NCBI GenBank assembly: GCA_024704765.1
Contig: JAKMXF010000361.1
Location: 62,001-126,000, forward strand
Source of the DNA: Oopsacas minuta
Lineage: Eukaryota; Animalia; Porifera
Reading direction: 5' to 3'
Length of the DNA: 64,000 bases
Shown here: in pieces, positions 12,101 through 23,500 of the stretch
Layout of the letters: every line of letters starts with the position of its first letter
How positions within the stretch are numbered: the first letter of the stretch is position 1
Notes under the pieces: generated by a model
The model's database searches: none
What the model saw: the letters and a program-made list of their open reading frames with translations, nothing else
Told to the model about the DNA's origin: nothing
Translations under genes and position numbers: made by a program

Positions 12101-12717
12101 CATTCAGTGTGTTGAATTGTACAAATGATTCACAAAATAATATAACTTGGTTGTATGACGGTAGACAGAGATGTTTAGCTGGGCCTCACTTAGTAGCATT
12201 CATTATCGCTATTATAGTACTATCAATATTAGTCACATTTCCTATTGTAATGATCATATTGAGCTATTCAAAGCACAAGGATTTCGTGCTCGTATATCAG
12301 GAGAGATACAAACCTGGCTTTAGAAAGGTGGAAATGTTGAAATTGTACCTACGTATTATATTCGCATTGGTAGTTACCCTGCTGCCTCATGTTATCAAGA
12401 CCCCTAAGCTTCCCTGCTCACTAATATCAATATTCTGCTTAGCTCTATTGATCTTAAACTCTCTCATCGAGCCAGCAACAAATGCTAACATGTTTGAGTC
12501 CTTATGTTTATTCATCTTAGCGTATGTGGGATCCCAAGCAGAAAGGGCAAGTTTGGAGAAGATTGTAGTTAGTCTACTCGTGGTAATTCCTTACATAATA
12601 TACCTGGGATGTTTGATTTGGACGCTTGGTAAGTGGATAAATGAAAAGGTCCAAAATTCGAAAATAAAGAAAATGCAAATGAAAATGGAAAAGATTAACT
12701 CAATACAAACCAAATAA
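9181..12717 (+). CDS. 1178-aa cell-surface protein: signal peptide, GGA(I/V)/FxxNxA right-handed beta-helix (Pmp-like repeats), Cys-rich stalk, ~7-9 TM C-terminus; intronless
   Basis: MKQFVKALAFILTLIIWTES signal; repeated FENNIA/GGAM, FQNNQA/GGAI, FFNNTA/GGAV, FYRNSA/GGAI, LEKNNA/GGAL; hydrophobic helices after about aa 835 with the WLYDGRQRCLAGPH loop. Confidence 0.85.
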   Translation: MKQFVKALAFILTLIIWTESCTSNGISLNDKFSRCNFPNCSITLHGGEHIVNRTLVLEGWNYFNLSASNQTIIRCNNMADNDTTIIRAYRTKYVSLENITFIGCSKPNLKVDQDPIPSIISTDFAYSIYMDSCYFPDYLVVGLIVNNTDSVVLTNSYFKAWDGVSYRRAVLYQNTIPRNASFYAHNITLDGGNVSSQIDLPHYHSYKSQEREIGGSLALFMYNIGSVYIKISNSTILNSEAVLGGGVFFEMSGKVTEYNIEIIDCHFENNIAVKSKIGKGGAMGIRAESKRGNIRIYNSTFQNNQAINGGAIAILLNERVGGSNIGINSSHFFNNTAKMDSGGAVYAENFYLSSLNVLNINNTEFYRNSANSGGAILTMNFLVYLLENVSIRDNIAYYGGGVCLLASTLILKGSNIVLEKNNATHSGGALYVHSSSQVVAYGNRTRITNNNAMIRGGGVFVYTKYFENQIHYGWNNWRDKGALFDINCFLIALKGSKNSLIFSGNNVTSNTELCMGDDLFTNTWGSCYSTFLRIPIKRAIVFKDRIKNNCSISLDIVMYSEHNHFLSPCQLDIQSGVSFTHNCSKILELDTLINYNMSLSQAIQRQGMALKGKAHLFFNGYKSQINIQSLDGLNNSIQTLTRIIFKSKNASFLDNKQYHVLGVSQSGKFNFEIKKMEDGFVFGEICLLSYSTLNLVHYCEDAIIGDCPSPLLRAGEDESCKIQERFHGNAFAKVKDSDVNKFDIQLAPGTLFYYTKNPRETIFKPCTWFQCKCHKSASLRNCTFNVNSPGDQCQHDLKFPYCTECVKPNHRICPPFSWFCYHNHVCFECFQPILMIIVYIIFTIIITAVICLLPIDVFSHYSRSIVFYSSTLYLLCINCGTFEKKFIYHILSIPIVIFNLLVSHMFPFCLPKEEPIYEAIFEMVTPLLFAFYIWVIKLALDKAPQCIAGLGKYGAVNKLWTIMVLTYVHLCNQAFSVLNCTNDSQNNITWLYDGRQRCLAGPHLVAFIIAIIVLSILVTFPIVMIILSYSKHKDFVLVYQERYKPGFRKVEMLKLYLRIIFALVVTLLPHVIKTPKLPCSLISIFCLALLILNSLIEPATNANMFESLCLFILAYVGSQAERASLEKIVVSLLVVIPYIIYLGCLIWTLGKWINEKVQNSKIKKMQMKMEKINSIQTK

Positions 12718-12794
12718 AAATATCAGTTTTGTTGTATATTATTGTTTGTGTAGTATAAGGTATTTTAAATTATTTTCATAATAATTAACTAGAC

Positions 12795-13619
12795 CAGGGC
12801 TGTCCAACTAATGGTAGTGCGCCGGCCAATTCTATAAACCATACAACATCGAATTTCCAATGTCTGAATTTTTGCCTTCACTTAAATTAAAATTAATAAC
12901 TTACAAGTACGTAATTGGTATTACACCATAGACAATTTTGTTGAAAGCCTATGGTTCAGACTTTAGAGTTTACTGCGGACAGACAAATTTAGGCGTGAGT
13001 TATCAGTGCTTAACACCTGAAATCACACCCAGAGATGCCAGCACTTATGAGTTGTCCCTGATTCTCGTCGCTCTAACTGTATTGTCTCAACTATCACACG
13101 GTTTTTTGCTCCAAAAATTAAATTGTTGATGTCTTCATGAATCAGAAGACACATAAGCGTGACTAGGCTCCTGGGTTTGGATGGGCAAAAAAATCCAGTG
13201 TTTGCACGTACCCACTGAAATGCCACTAGTTGCGTCTATGATGAGACATTTATAGTAATGTCTACAAAGACCAGAAATCGAGAATTCTAAATGCTTGTCA
13301 GCTATGGCCTCCCAAACCTAGTTTTACCTTGTAATTGACCGATTACCCGAGAAAAATATTCTGATTGAAAATTTTCCGTTAAAAAATAAATATATTATAT
13401 TGTACATTATCATTGTTACTATGTGAGAGTTAAAATTAGTAACATTGGTTTGATTAGCGAGCGTAATGAGGAAGCGAAAAGTAGTGGGATTCAAACCCAT
13501 TAAACTTTTACCTCTGTTAAGATAATCCTGGCTACTGTAGCGGTATATTGGTCCGCGGGCCGCACAAAAAGAACGAATGGACTGCATGCAGCCCGCGGGT
13601 CGTATGTTGGACAGCTTTG
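12795..13619. mobile_element. hAT-family non-autonomous element, 825 bp
   Basis: TIRs cagggctgtccaac / gttggacagctttg; exact 8-bp TSD aactagac at 12787-12794 and 13620-13627; subterminal gcgggccgca. Confidence 0.88.
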
Positions 13620-14767
13620 AACTAGACTATTCATACTAGTCATAGAGTTACGCCGCAATTCGTTATTTTCAGTTTTTCCCATCAACTAATTAGCCTTTAA
13701 TAAATTAATTACATAATTAGGGCTTAAGCTGTCCATGGTCTACTACTTTAAACTCAGCTATACATGCAAACAACTACTTAAAGTCCAAACAGTTTCAACT
13801 AGTTCAGAAGCAATTTATGCAAAGACCTTAGCATTTCAAAATAATTTTTATACAAAAACATCTAACAAAATTCGTTCTATGTAGGATTTTTGAATTTATT
13901 CAGTTACTTCACAATCAAGAAAATAAAAGTTCGATGATAGCTTAATAGAAGAAGGTTTCAAAGGTTTCACAATTTATCAAAATAATAAATCTCGGGATAA
14001 TCCAGGGATCCCAGGAAGGCTAGCAAATATGTAAATCTATGAACTATAGTCCTATAAAGCAGTCAATTGGGACGCGGTATAAAGCTCCCGGTCAAAGTTT
14101 TTTAACGCTAAAATTGAATTAGTTTCGAATAATTAAAACTTACAAGTAGACGAACCGATGGTTCCGAATCATAAACCAGATCCAATCCTTAATCCATTTC
14201 CACAGGACATAAATCCAAATCCAATCGATGGAATACGGATAGCAAAATCCAATCGATGAAATTTATAAACTTTATGGATATAAAAACATATGATGGATTA
14301 CTTTGGAGAATCCAACTCCATCCAAAATCCATGGATTATATAATCGTGACATCAAATATTCGTAATTCATCCGATCCCTCTGCTTACAAGGATTACTATG
14401 TCCTTCATGATAAATCAATAACAAACCTCACCCCAGAAGCTATTAGGAAGTTAGATTCAACACGCACTTAATTGAAAGGAATAATGAAAATATGAAATCT
14501 AGCACCAATAACAAACCAATAAACCAGTCTGATTAATACAATGAATAAGTACTTACAAACAAAGAATTAACTTTTCTAAAACATTAGCCCAATTTATACA
14601 AAATTCCTGATAAGTACATTTACAAAGTATAAAATCAAGACGCGAGATCTTGGATAAAACAATACCGAGCGATATTGTCGAAAAGTGTAAGACGAGCATC
14701 AATCTTACGAAGTACCAATGTATATACAACAGATAAATAGCCTACGTATATGTACATGTAACTTGAA

Positions 14768-17700
14768 CTATATGTGACCATTGGTTGGTTTAGTGGCAAA
14801 ATGATCAGCTGAGGTTTTTGGGCGTAGCATTTTGGGAAGTTTGTTTGGAAAATCATTCTTTGGCAATGCAGGAGGGGGTGTGATCAAGGACGACCTATTC
14901 ACTCCGGTAGCATGTAACAGCTGGTGGGATTGATGGGGAGCAGGCGGGCGAATCTTTGATTGGACTTGTTCAGGGAAAGAATTTGTTTGATGAAGCGGCT
15001 TCTGAACAGTGCTCTGTTGAAGAATTCTCTGGCCAGATTCAGTTCGTTTGATTTTCGTAGGCTCGGGGATACTTCGCTTAACCTTTGCACCAGCACGGAT
15101 CGTTTTCACGAGTGCAACGCGAGGACCAGTTGAGGATGAGGATACAATACGACCTCTATTAACTCGCGGTTGTGGTTTTTGCGCATTCTTTAGAATCTCA
15201 GATTCATTTCGCAATTGAATGACAGTCTTCTCATACACGTCTGTCATTGTCACCATGTATTGCTGCTGTTTTTCCATCTGTTTCTCTTTTGATGTTAGAA
15301 TATTCTCAAATTTAATACACTGTTGAGAGAGGTAATCAGCCTCTCGCTGCTTTTCTTTGAAACTCAAGTTCAGCTGATTGAAGTTCTTCTCAGCTAACTT
15401 AAGTCTTTCTTCTTCGATATTAATTACTTCCATCTTCAAATTTGCTTTGAGTTTCCCAAGCAAATCTTTTCTTATACCAGACATCTTTTTAGTTCCAACC
15501 TCTAGCGGTTGAGATATACTATACAGATCAGCTGTAGCATCCGATGTAGCTTGTAGATCAACACGCAGCTGTTTTAGTGTATTTTCCTTCTCTTTAACAC
15601 TATCCTGATAATATCTGAGATCTAGCTCTAAGTCTTTGATCTGATCTTCTCTCTCTACCACTTGTCCCTCAGTCTCTATTAATATACGGTTCTTCATAGC
15701 TAATTCAGTACGAACAGCCTCCAACTCTGATTTATGACTATCGATTTGTTTTTCAACCTGACTGGTTAAGTTAGTGATCCGTTCCTGGTCTCCCGAAGGG
15801 CTGTGTAGGTTCTCTTCGCTCTGTGTAGAGTACATACGGAATTGTCCCAGAATTTTCTTAACTTTAAGCTCTGATTGTCGATTGTTACGTTTGTGCTTTT
15901 CCAGATCTTTCTCCATATCTCTGATAGTAATCTTCATCTCGTTGATACTAGACTCAGCATTTGATAGATTCTGGAAAGCTATCTGAGCATTGCTTTTCAT
16001 CTCAGTGAGATATATCGTTAGTTTCATAAACAGTTCTTCGTTCAATTGATTGTCAATTGAATTGGGATCGAACATAACTGTCTTTTCAGATTTAAGAGTG
16101 CTACCTAGAGTTCTTAGTTCTGAGAATAGAGTTGTTAGTACTTGGACTATCTTGGATTTGAAAGTTTTGAAAGTACTCTTTACAGTATCAGAAGATCTCT
16201 TCTCTTCCACAAGATTATATTCCAACTCAGAACATCGCTCACTCATTGTTTGGTTAGTATTAGATAGCTCTTCAGTAGTTAGAGCTAATGTTTGTAGCTC
16301 AGAGATAACCTGTAGTAAATCATCCTGACTCTTCACTACGTCATTCTTGGTCTCCTCCAGTTTATTTTTCAGCGTATCATTCTGTGATTGTAGTTCTTCT
16401 GCTTTCTCCTGATACACCTTCCTCTCCTCTTCAATCTCGTTATGACTCTCCTGTACTTCCTCCAGTTCCTGTCTCAAATCATTCAGTTCTTCTTCCTTCT
16501 TGTCTACACTGCTGATCAGCTGAGCTCTCTCCTCCTCCCAGTCGGGAGGAGCAGCTGGTGCCTGGGGGAGAGGACTGATGTGAGTTGAGTTCACTGAACT
16601 GTCTGATGTCTCATTGAAGATAGAATTTAAATCTGTTTTTGTATCAGTAAGAAGTGAGCCTGCTAGAGAAGAAGATTTATCATCATCTCCAGGAGTAGAG
16701 GTGGAAACAAGTTTGGCCCAATCTTCCTCTGGAACCTTTTCCCCTAAACGCCACCGTTTAACCTCCTCCTGTACTGAGTTAAGATAGCTGACTATTCCTC
16801 TGTACTGCTTCTTTAATTTGTTGTAGCGCGCCTTCCATTCATCAGCTGTCAGCTCTTCATTACGGATTATAGTGTTTTTGATTGTCTTAGCTCTGCTCCC
16901 AAACAAGATAGTATTCTTAGTCTCCATCTCATTGAAAGAGGAGGGAGAGCAACAAATAGCTATTGTAGTGCGAGCATTTCCTCCTAAGCTCTCCTGGAGA
17001 ATTCGTGTCAGCTTACTATCCCTGTATGAGATATGAGCCTTCTTCAGAACCAATCCTTCAATCACGTTACCCAGACAGAGGAGAGACATGTTTATATTCT
17101 TAGCTTCATTTAGTGTGCTGCCCTCTGCTCCCGTCTTCTTGGCTTTCTCAGAGCCGGCTAAGTCAACTAGATACAGCTTTCCCAGGAGTTTACGTTTTGA
17201 TTCAATATTCTCCTGACAGACTTGGAAGATGAACACAGAGTGACTCCGTGAGCTATGCTCGTTCATGTTAGTGACAGATACATGTCTGTTAGATTTGCCC
17301 TCTTCAATAAGCTCCATCACCTCCTCTGGAGAAGCTACTGCATGATCGCTGAGGCCCTTCACGAATGGCTTACCCGACCTGTCTTCATGGATGGAAAGCT
17401 TGCCTTTCGTCAGATCGAGGAGATCGCGAATTTCTTCGTTATAAACCTCGAAATATGACACTTTGAGTGTGAATTCTACATTACATTCAGGGTCCATGTT
17501 GTAGATGTAATCAAAAATATCGTTTACTATGCGTGGAGTTATTCCGAATAATTCTGGTTTTGATAGATTGCCTTCCATTGTATGAGTTTTTCCACTTGCA
17601 GTTTGTCCATAAGCGAATATTGTTCCATTGAAACCATTCAATACATCCTTGATAATCGGTTTAGCTGTGAAATCATACACATCGTATTGTGTTGAATGAG

Positions 17701-17863
17701 GTTCGAAGACCTTGTCGAATGGATAGTATGCGCCTAGGAGAGAAATTACGTTAGGCTTTGGGAAAGTGACGCATTGTTCTCCTCCTAGAGATATTTCATT
17801 GTTATTCAAGGGCCTCACCCGACATACTACACGAATATTGCAAGAACCTGCGTCTTCACTCAT
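14768..17863 (-). CDS. KIF5: Kinesin-1 heavy chain-like (KIF5-type motor, divergent tail), intronless, 1031 aa
   Basis: IRVVCRVRP, GQTASGKTHTMEG, NEHSSRSH, LYLVDLAGSEK..KTGAEG, and a kinesin-1 neck (NEELTADEWK), followed by a long coiled coil. Confidence 0.88.
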   Translation of the reverse strand: MSEDAGSCNIRVVCRVRPLNNNEISLGGEQCVTFPKPNVISLLGAYYPFDKVFEPHSTQYDVYDFTAKPIIKDVLNGFNGTIFAYGQTASGKTHTMEGNLSKPELFGITPRIVNDIFDYIYNMDPECNVEFTLKVSYFEVYNEEIRDLLDLTKGKLSIHEDRSGKPFVKGLSDHAVASPEEVMELIEEGKSNRHVSVTNMNEHSSRSHSVFIFQVCQENIESKRKLLGKLYLVDLAGSEKAKKTGAEGSTLNEAKNINMSLLCLGNVIEGLVLKKAHISYRDSKLTRILQESLGGNARTTIAICCSPSSFNEMETKNTILFGSRAKTIKNTIIRNEELTADEWKARYNKLKKQYRGIVSYLNSVQEEVKRWRLGEKVPEEDWAKLVSTSTPGDDDKSSSLAGSLLTDTKTDLNSIFNETSDSSVNSTHISPLPQAPAAPPDWEEERAQLISSVDKKEEELNDLRQELEEVQESHNEIEEERKVYQEKAEELQSQNDTLKNKLEETKNDVVKSQDDLLQVISELQTLALTTEELSNTNQTMSERCSELEYNLVEEKRSSDTVKSTFKTFKSKIVQVLTTLFSELRTLGSTLKSEKTVMFDPNSIDNQLNEELFMKLTIYLTEMKSNAQIAFQNLSNAESSINEMKITIRDMEKDLEKHKRNNRQSELKVKKILGQFRMYSTQSEENLHSPSGDQERITNLTSQVEKQIDSHKSELEAVRTELAMKNRILIETEGQVVEREDQIKDLELDLRYYQDSVKEKENTLKQLRVDLQATSDATADLYSISQPLEVGTKKMSGIRKDLLGKLKANLKMEVINIEEERLKLAEKNFNQLNLSFKEKQREADYLSQQCIKFENILTSKEKQMEKQQQYMVTMTDVYEKTVIQLRNESEILKNAQKPQPRVNRGRIVSSSSTGPRVALVKTIRAGAKVKRSIPEPTKIKRTESGQRILQQSTVQKPLHQTNSFPEQVQSKIRPPAPHQSHQLLHATGVNRSSLITPPPALPKNDFPNKLPKMLRPKTSADHFATKPTNGHI

Positions 17864-20503
17864 TTCTTATCATTTGAGATGGCTAACTAGAGATAATATA
17901 AATATGTTGAAAATTTATTGGTCGAGTATAGTTTGCAAGTGGTAGCATTTATACAAACTTAGAAATGTGTGAATTAGTATAAGTTGTCTACCTATACTGA
18001 TTTCATCAATGTATCCTAAATATATAAATACCAAGTTCTACTTTGCCACGTTATACTTTCCAAACACAACACAAAAAGCCTTCCAATCAATTCACTACAA
18101 TATAAGGATGCCACACGAACAATCCTATTGTTAACAAATACAAGTAAATATATATACGTATAGTTACACAGGACTATTAATTAATTAATTAATAAGTATA
18201 AATGGGTGGATACTGTTACAATGAGGTATGACGTAGGTGGGTTAGAAAGAATTACACATACATTACCTACGTAACAAATTTCAGTCTATGAACGATTAAA
18301 TTAATCACTGATAACACATCCTCCAATTGGTAGAAATATATATTTACATAACCATATGATAATACGTAATGATCAATATTAATGTGTAATAGTATTCTGG
18401 TCACTAAATGTGTAGAGCAAAAGTTTTATTCATGCTGCAATAATACCGAAAGTTTAGTGGTGTAATTCTTAAATAAATAGATGCTCGTTTGTCTTCAAAC
18501 CGTATATCCACAATTCCACATATACATATAGCTTAAATTTAACCTATAAGGGTTTGTAGCTGAATTATTCATTCAACCTTGGTTGGGATAATCAATCTAA
18601 TTAGTAGGGCAGATAAAGCAGGTACAGTAATTGACGTATTATGATTTCTGAATCGATACGGTAGTACTGATATGCCATATCGTGAACACGGCCATTCAAA
18701 TTTTTAGATTATATTATTACATTGCATTTCTAGAGCTGATTACCGTGGCTAGAACGTAATTTAAGCCCCACTCTATCCTTATTACATTATTTCTTTGTAA
18801 TATTATCTTCTATTAATTCATTAACCATATTGCACATATTAATATAACTGAGAATCAGCTTTTATGAGATGAATAAGATAAATTGTTAATTATAGTAATG
18901 AATAATATAAATATAGTTTGAAATCGTGATATCTGGAAGTACATTATCGATACATAATCATAATTATATAATTATGTAAAGTATGTTGGTGGAATTGTCA
19001 TTAGTTATGAACTGAATTAATTAATTAATATACATAAATTACATAATAAATATTGGTTTGATGAATATGAAAAACTATTTACGAAAGTTCAGTTACCAAT
19101 ACTTGACTGATTTCCAAACTCTCTGTAAATTATATCATTAACAGATCCTGTGTATGATATAAAGAAATATAATATTTCTAATATATAATGATAGCAACCA
19201 GTTTCACATCTTTCCGTAAACTTATCCTCAACTAAAAGACCATAAGTATACAATTTATAAGATGTCAAGCATTAATATCTTAGTATTTTTTCTAAATTGA
19301 TAATATTATGCGAATTATAACTACTTAGTACACCAAAGACAAATAAATAAGAGCAAAATAGCTAATAGAAGGAAAAATTGCATACTTTACAGGGACGAAG
19401 GAAGCAAATAATTATTTGTGAAGTGGGGTATATTGTATTGGTGCGGCAATCGCCGCACCTGCCGCACCGGCTCCTACGGTCCTGCTTTAGCTTTAGCAGT
19501 TCAGCAAGTATATATATTTGACTTGAAATTACGAAGTGTAGTGAATATTTGAGCAGGATAGATGAATAAATATATTACTACGTAGAACAAATTTGATCAG
19601 CAATTATGTGTGTTGACATATGAATATTAAATGTTGTTAAATTTTGAAGTAAAAACCTAGCATTAAGATCTGTACCGACAGTATAGTATATTACATTAAT
19701 TTATTTATAATGGAATTATTCATTTGAGGCACTATGTGTATTGGGAGTAAATTATACATTCTATAGTGACTCCAATTAATTACGCCACTTCAAATAAATT
19801 CAATTAATATAATATGATGTCGGCAGGGATATACATTTTAGACTGGTCACAATAGATTCCTTATACGTATGATGAGTCCCATTTGGAACTATCAAGAAAG
19901 TCCTGTTAGGATTTTAATAATTCTGAACTCCTCATATATCTGCTTAATCTATTTTAGAACATATGTTTGTGGCAACGATTAGAAAAACTCTTCAAAAATA
20001 AAAACGGATATATCGACGTTTATCAATTACCCCAAAGCTATAAATGAATTGATTTCCTTCGCATAAATCGAACTGCAGCTGCAATGGGCTTTTCCTTTTA
20101 GTCAATTTGCAATTATAGCCAGACAGTTACGTATATCAATTATGCATTTTGTGGAATTTTAAACTTGCATTTAAAACATTTGAAGAAATTATATTTACCC
20201 ACTTCCACTATTGAAGCAGGCTCTATCAAATTTGTATGCCGATAGTAATTAGTGTTAATATCACGTCTTTAGGTGATCACTTCATTCACCTGAATAATGT
20301 AATACTCATGCGATAAAATAAATATACGGCTCGAACTTCCTATAAATTGATAATCTAATCTGGATCATCATGGAATACAAAATACAGACTACATTAAATG
20401 GTGATTTGTATAATTCTTCGACTTTAATTCGATGGTTAAATGCGAATAAATTAGGTTAATACATTAATGATATAAAACAGTTTAGTGTAACAATATTGAG
20501 AGC

Positions 20504-23500
20504 TCAGTTTATAGGATGCTCGGATATTAAGCTAATCTCAGAGTGTTGAGCTGTCATAGAGCTGAATATGGTAGTGGAAGGATCGAATAAATAATAGAGA
20601 GCACTAGAGTGTATTACCTCAGTAAAGAGAGGATATGAGAGTAACTGTGCATATGTTAGTTCATTCAGTCCTAAGGTATCAAGTTGAGAAAATACCTGTC
20701 CTATATCAAGGGGGGTGGTATGTAGAGAAATGTCCGATTGTTTCATCTCTATTTGATTGTGACAGAATACTTTGAAAAGTTCTTCTTGAGAGAAAGAGAT
20801 TGCTGACATCATCTCGGGTGTAGTGGATTCTGGTAAAGGAACTTTTATTCCCTTCAACAGACTGAGGGCGTTAATCAGTCCCGTGTTAGCGGATGTGTCT
20901 GCACAGAAGTACAATAACATATCCTCATAGTCCAGTAGGTCTGTCTCAGGATCAGCGTATATATCAAAGAACACCTTCCTTATCATAAAGTTTCTGTCAA
21001 ACTTTGACAGAGCATCAAGATTCTCATATTCACTGGGATCTCTAGGGTAGGAAAGGAACCACAAATGCTCCTGGAGGTATTCCTCCTTGTTCACTTGTCC
21101 TGATGGGTATCTGTCTCTGAACCTCATTAAGGTTTCCATAAGGCTGTCTAGCGTGGGAGCAGGATAAGGACGGGATAAACTAACGATAAAGTTTTTCCAG
21201 TTGATATAGTGGCCATCCCAAGATATCTGAGTTAGAACTGTAGACAGCTGGTCTGTAGAGAATTCGGGTAATAAATTAGATTTAGAGGAATTGTCTGATA
21301 GAAACTGTATGAACTCCTGTATACTGATTACACCGGATGGAGCAAAAAGAGAAAGGGAAGTAGCGAGGGATTCTAGCTGTAAGACAGAAAGAGATCCATT
21401 AGCTGTATCCTCCGGGGGTGTAGTAGGGCGAAGTCTAGGAGGCTCTTCATATGTTACCATAGAGGATTCTATTAAAAACTCAGTACCACTCAGATTCAAA
21501 ACTGGTTTAATTTTAATCTCATTTTCAATAGCTTGATGTATGTATTGGCATAATTGATTAATGCTTGAGGTCTCTTCTTTGAATCTTATACCAATCCAAC
21601 CTTTCATCTCATCATACAGACTCCCTACTTTAGATTTCAACTCACGTATCACAGATATTCCCCTATACTTCAGCTGCTCTAGTCTGTATTTAGAATAATT
21701 CTCCTCTAATTTAATCGCTTCCATAAACTCATCCAATAAATTATCCTCTTCCTTTCTAGCTTTAATAACCTCAGGAGGTAGTTGTGCATCTGGCAAGACA
21801 GGCTCTGGAGTTACTTCAGCCGGCTTGGTACCTTTCTTACCCACAGGAGTAGCCTTGCCTCCCTTTTTAGCAGGAGTAGATTTCCCTAATTTACTCTTAT
21901 CATCCACTTCCCTCTTATCTTTCTCTACTCGTTCCTGCTCCACCTCTTCCTTCAGCATGTACTCACTATAACACATATTGTGGATGTTATTATATGTCAG
22001 GCAGTATGCTTGTAACAGCTGGTGCTCGTCTTGATCAGCTGATTCCAACTCTAATACATTTGATACTAACGATTTCTCTGAGGCTCTCTTGTCTAACTTT
22101 TTCTTCCCTTTATCATCTTTAGACGACACAGATTCTACTTTATACTCGTAGCGTGGCATCAAGGCAGGTCTCTGTACAGACTTACTTTGCTCCTCTACCC
22201 CCTCCCCTTCCCCTGTACCTCCCTCTCCATCCTCATTAAGTAGGATACAAGTCCCACTGATTGACTCCAGTACAGCTTGAGCGTCCGGCAGCTCCAGGAG
22301 AGGTACTACTATCTGAGCAGGAGTCTCTGAGAGAACACGTCCACGCATTGACTCGTAGTAGTCGTGTACGAGTCGCATGGTGTCTTGGAACCTGCTGAGT
22401 TCTGCCTGTAGCAGAGATATGAATAGATTGATCAGAAATCCTGAGTTATCTTCAAGCCAGTTATTCTCCATAATGTGTGCTCTCTCTAGCTCTGCATCAT
22501 GTTTCCGCTTATCACTAATATCCCCTAGACAATTCTTTTTTAAGTCATCTACCTGTTGATGGAACTCAGCCTTCACTTCCTTATCAGCTCTCAGGTCAGT
22601 AGTCAGATCGTTATACTTCTTTTGGAATTGAGATACTATAACTTGCTTCTGGTCTGGCCTCCTTAAATACTCTCTAAATTCTTCTCTTGTTCGATATATA
22701 TACTTACAAGATATGTGTTGTGCTTGTCGTATAGAAGAGAAAGCTTCCTTACAGGTATTAATATAATAATCCTCTGTAGCATTCCATAGTCTAGCTAGAT
22801 AGTTAGATACTACGTTAGGAATAGGTTTGTCACAATAATCCCATCCAATCTCTCCTGGCTTCACTACAGACTCTTCCTGTATATCAGAGCCTTGTTCAGA
22901 ACTCATAATCTGGTCCTGTGTATCTAGATAGCTACTGGTAGCTTGTCGTTGAGGTGACGTAATAGATAGAGTCAGTATTTCCTCCACTTTGTGTGTGAGA
23001 TCAGTCATAGTGTTAGCTCCCTCGATAAACTTGACATTACCAAATCTTGTGAACCATTCCTCAAGTGCTGGTTTGCTCTCAGTATAATTAGCTAGCATGT
23101 ACTGTAGCATGTCTAGTCTATTGGTGTTACAACGTGATAATTCGGCTTGTTTTACACTTGAGGGAGCTGGATTGAATTCTATATGGTACTTATCCTTGGT
23201 TCTTGTGTTCACTTGTTGACCTAGTCCTCTTCTGATTGCTACCTTATCTGGGAGATTGAGGAATATAATCTTTTTGAAGTAGCTGTTGGGAGTAGTGAGG
23301 TTCTGTTCATGTTCTAGACCGTGTACTAGTATAGATAACTTGTTCCCGCACCATTCCCTAGCCTCACGAGAGGTTCGTAGTTTAGGAGGATCGGATGGCG
23401 GTTCATACCCAGAGAGCTGTTTCTCAAGCAGCTGAGCTTGATTCAGAGTTTTAGGAAATCCATCAATTATCCAGGAAGATCCATCAGGCAGCTGTCTAAT

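Noticed and set aside
9181-12717. Bacterial contamination or recent HGT of a Pmp autotransporter
   Set aside because: No autotransporter beta-barrel; it has a eukaryotic-style Cys-rich stalk, N-glycosylation sequons, alpha-helical TMs and host-like composition, and is flanked by eukaryotic TEs.
13460-13540. tRNA/SINE-like gggtttgaatccc
   Set aside because: Isolated motif inside a hAT element with no pairing arms.
17900-20480. 2.6-kb gene-free AT-rich gap between SPEF2 and KIF5
   Set aside because: Only MITE remnants (for example the gccgcacc cluster near 19440) were found; probably UTR or intron sequence, and no feature is supportable.
14899-22559. Numerous 60-100-aa antisense or alternative-frame ORFs overlapping KIF5 and SPEF2 (likewise in DDX1, CDK20 and the EGF exons)
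   Set aside because: Shadow ORFs of long coding exons with no recognisable motifs.
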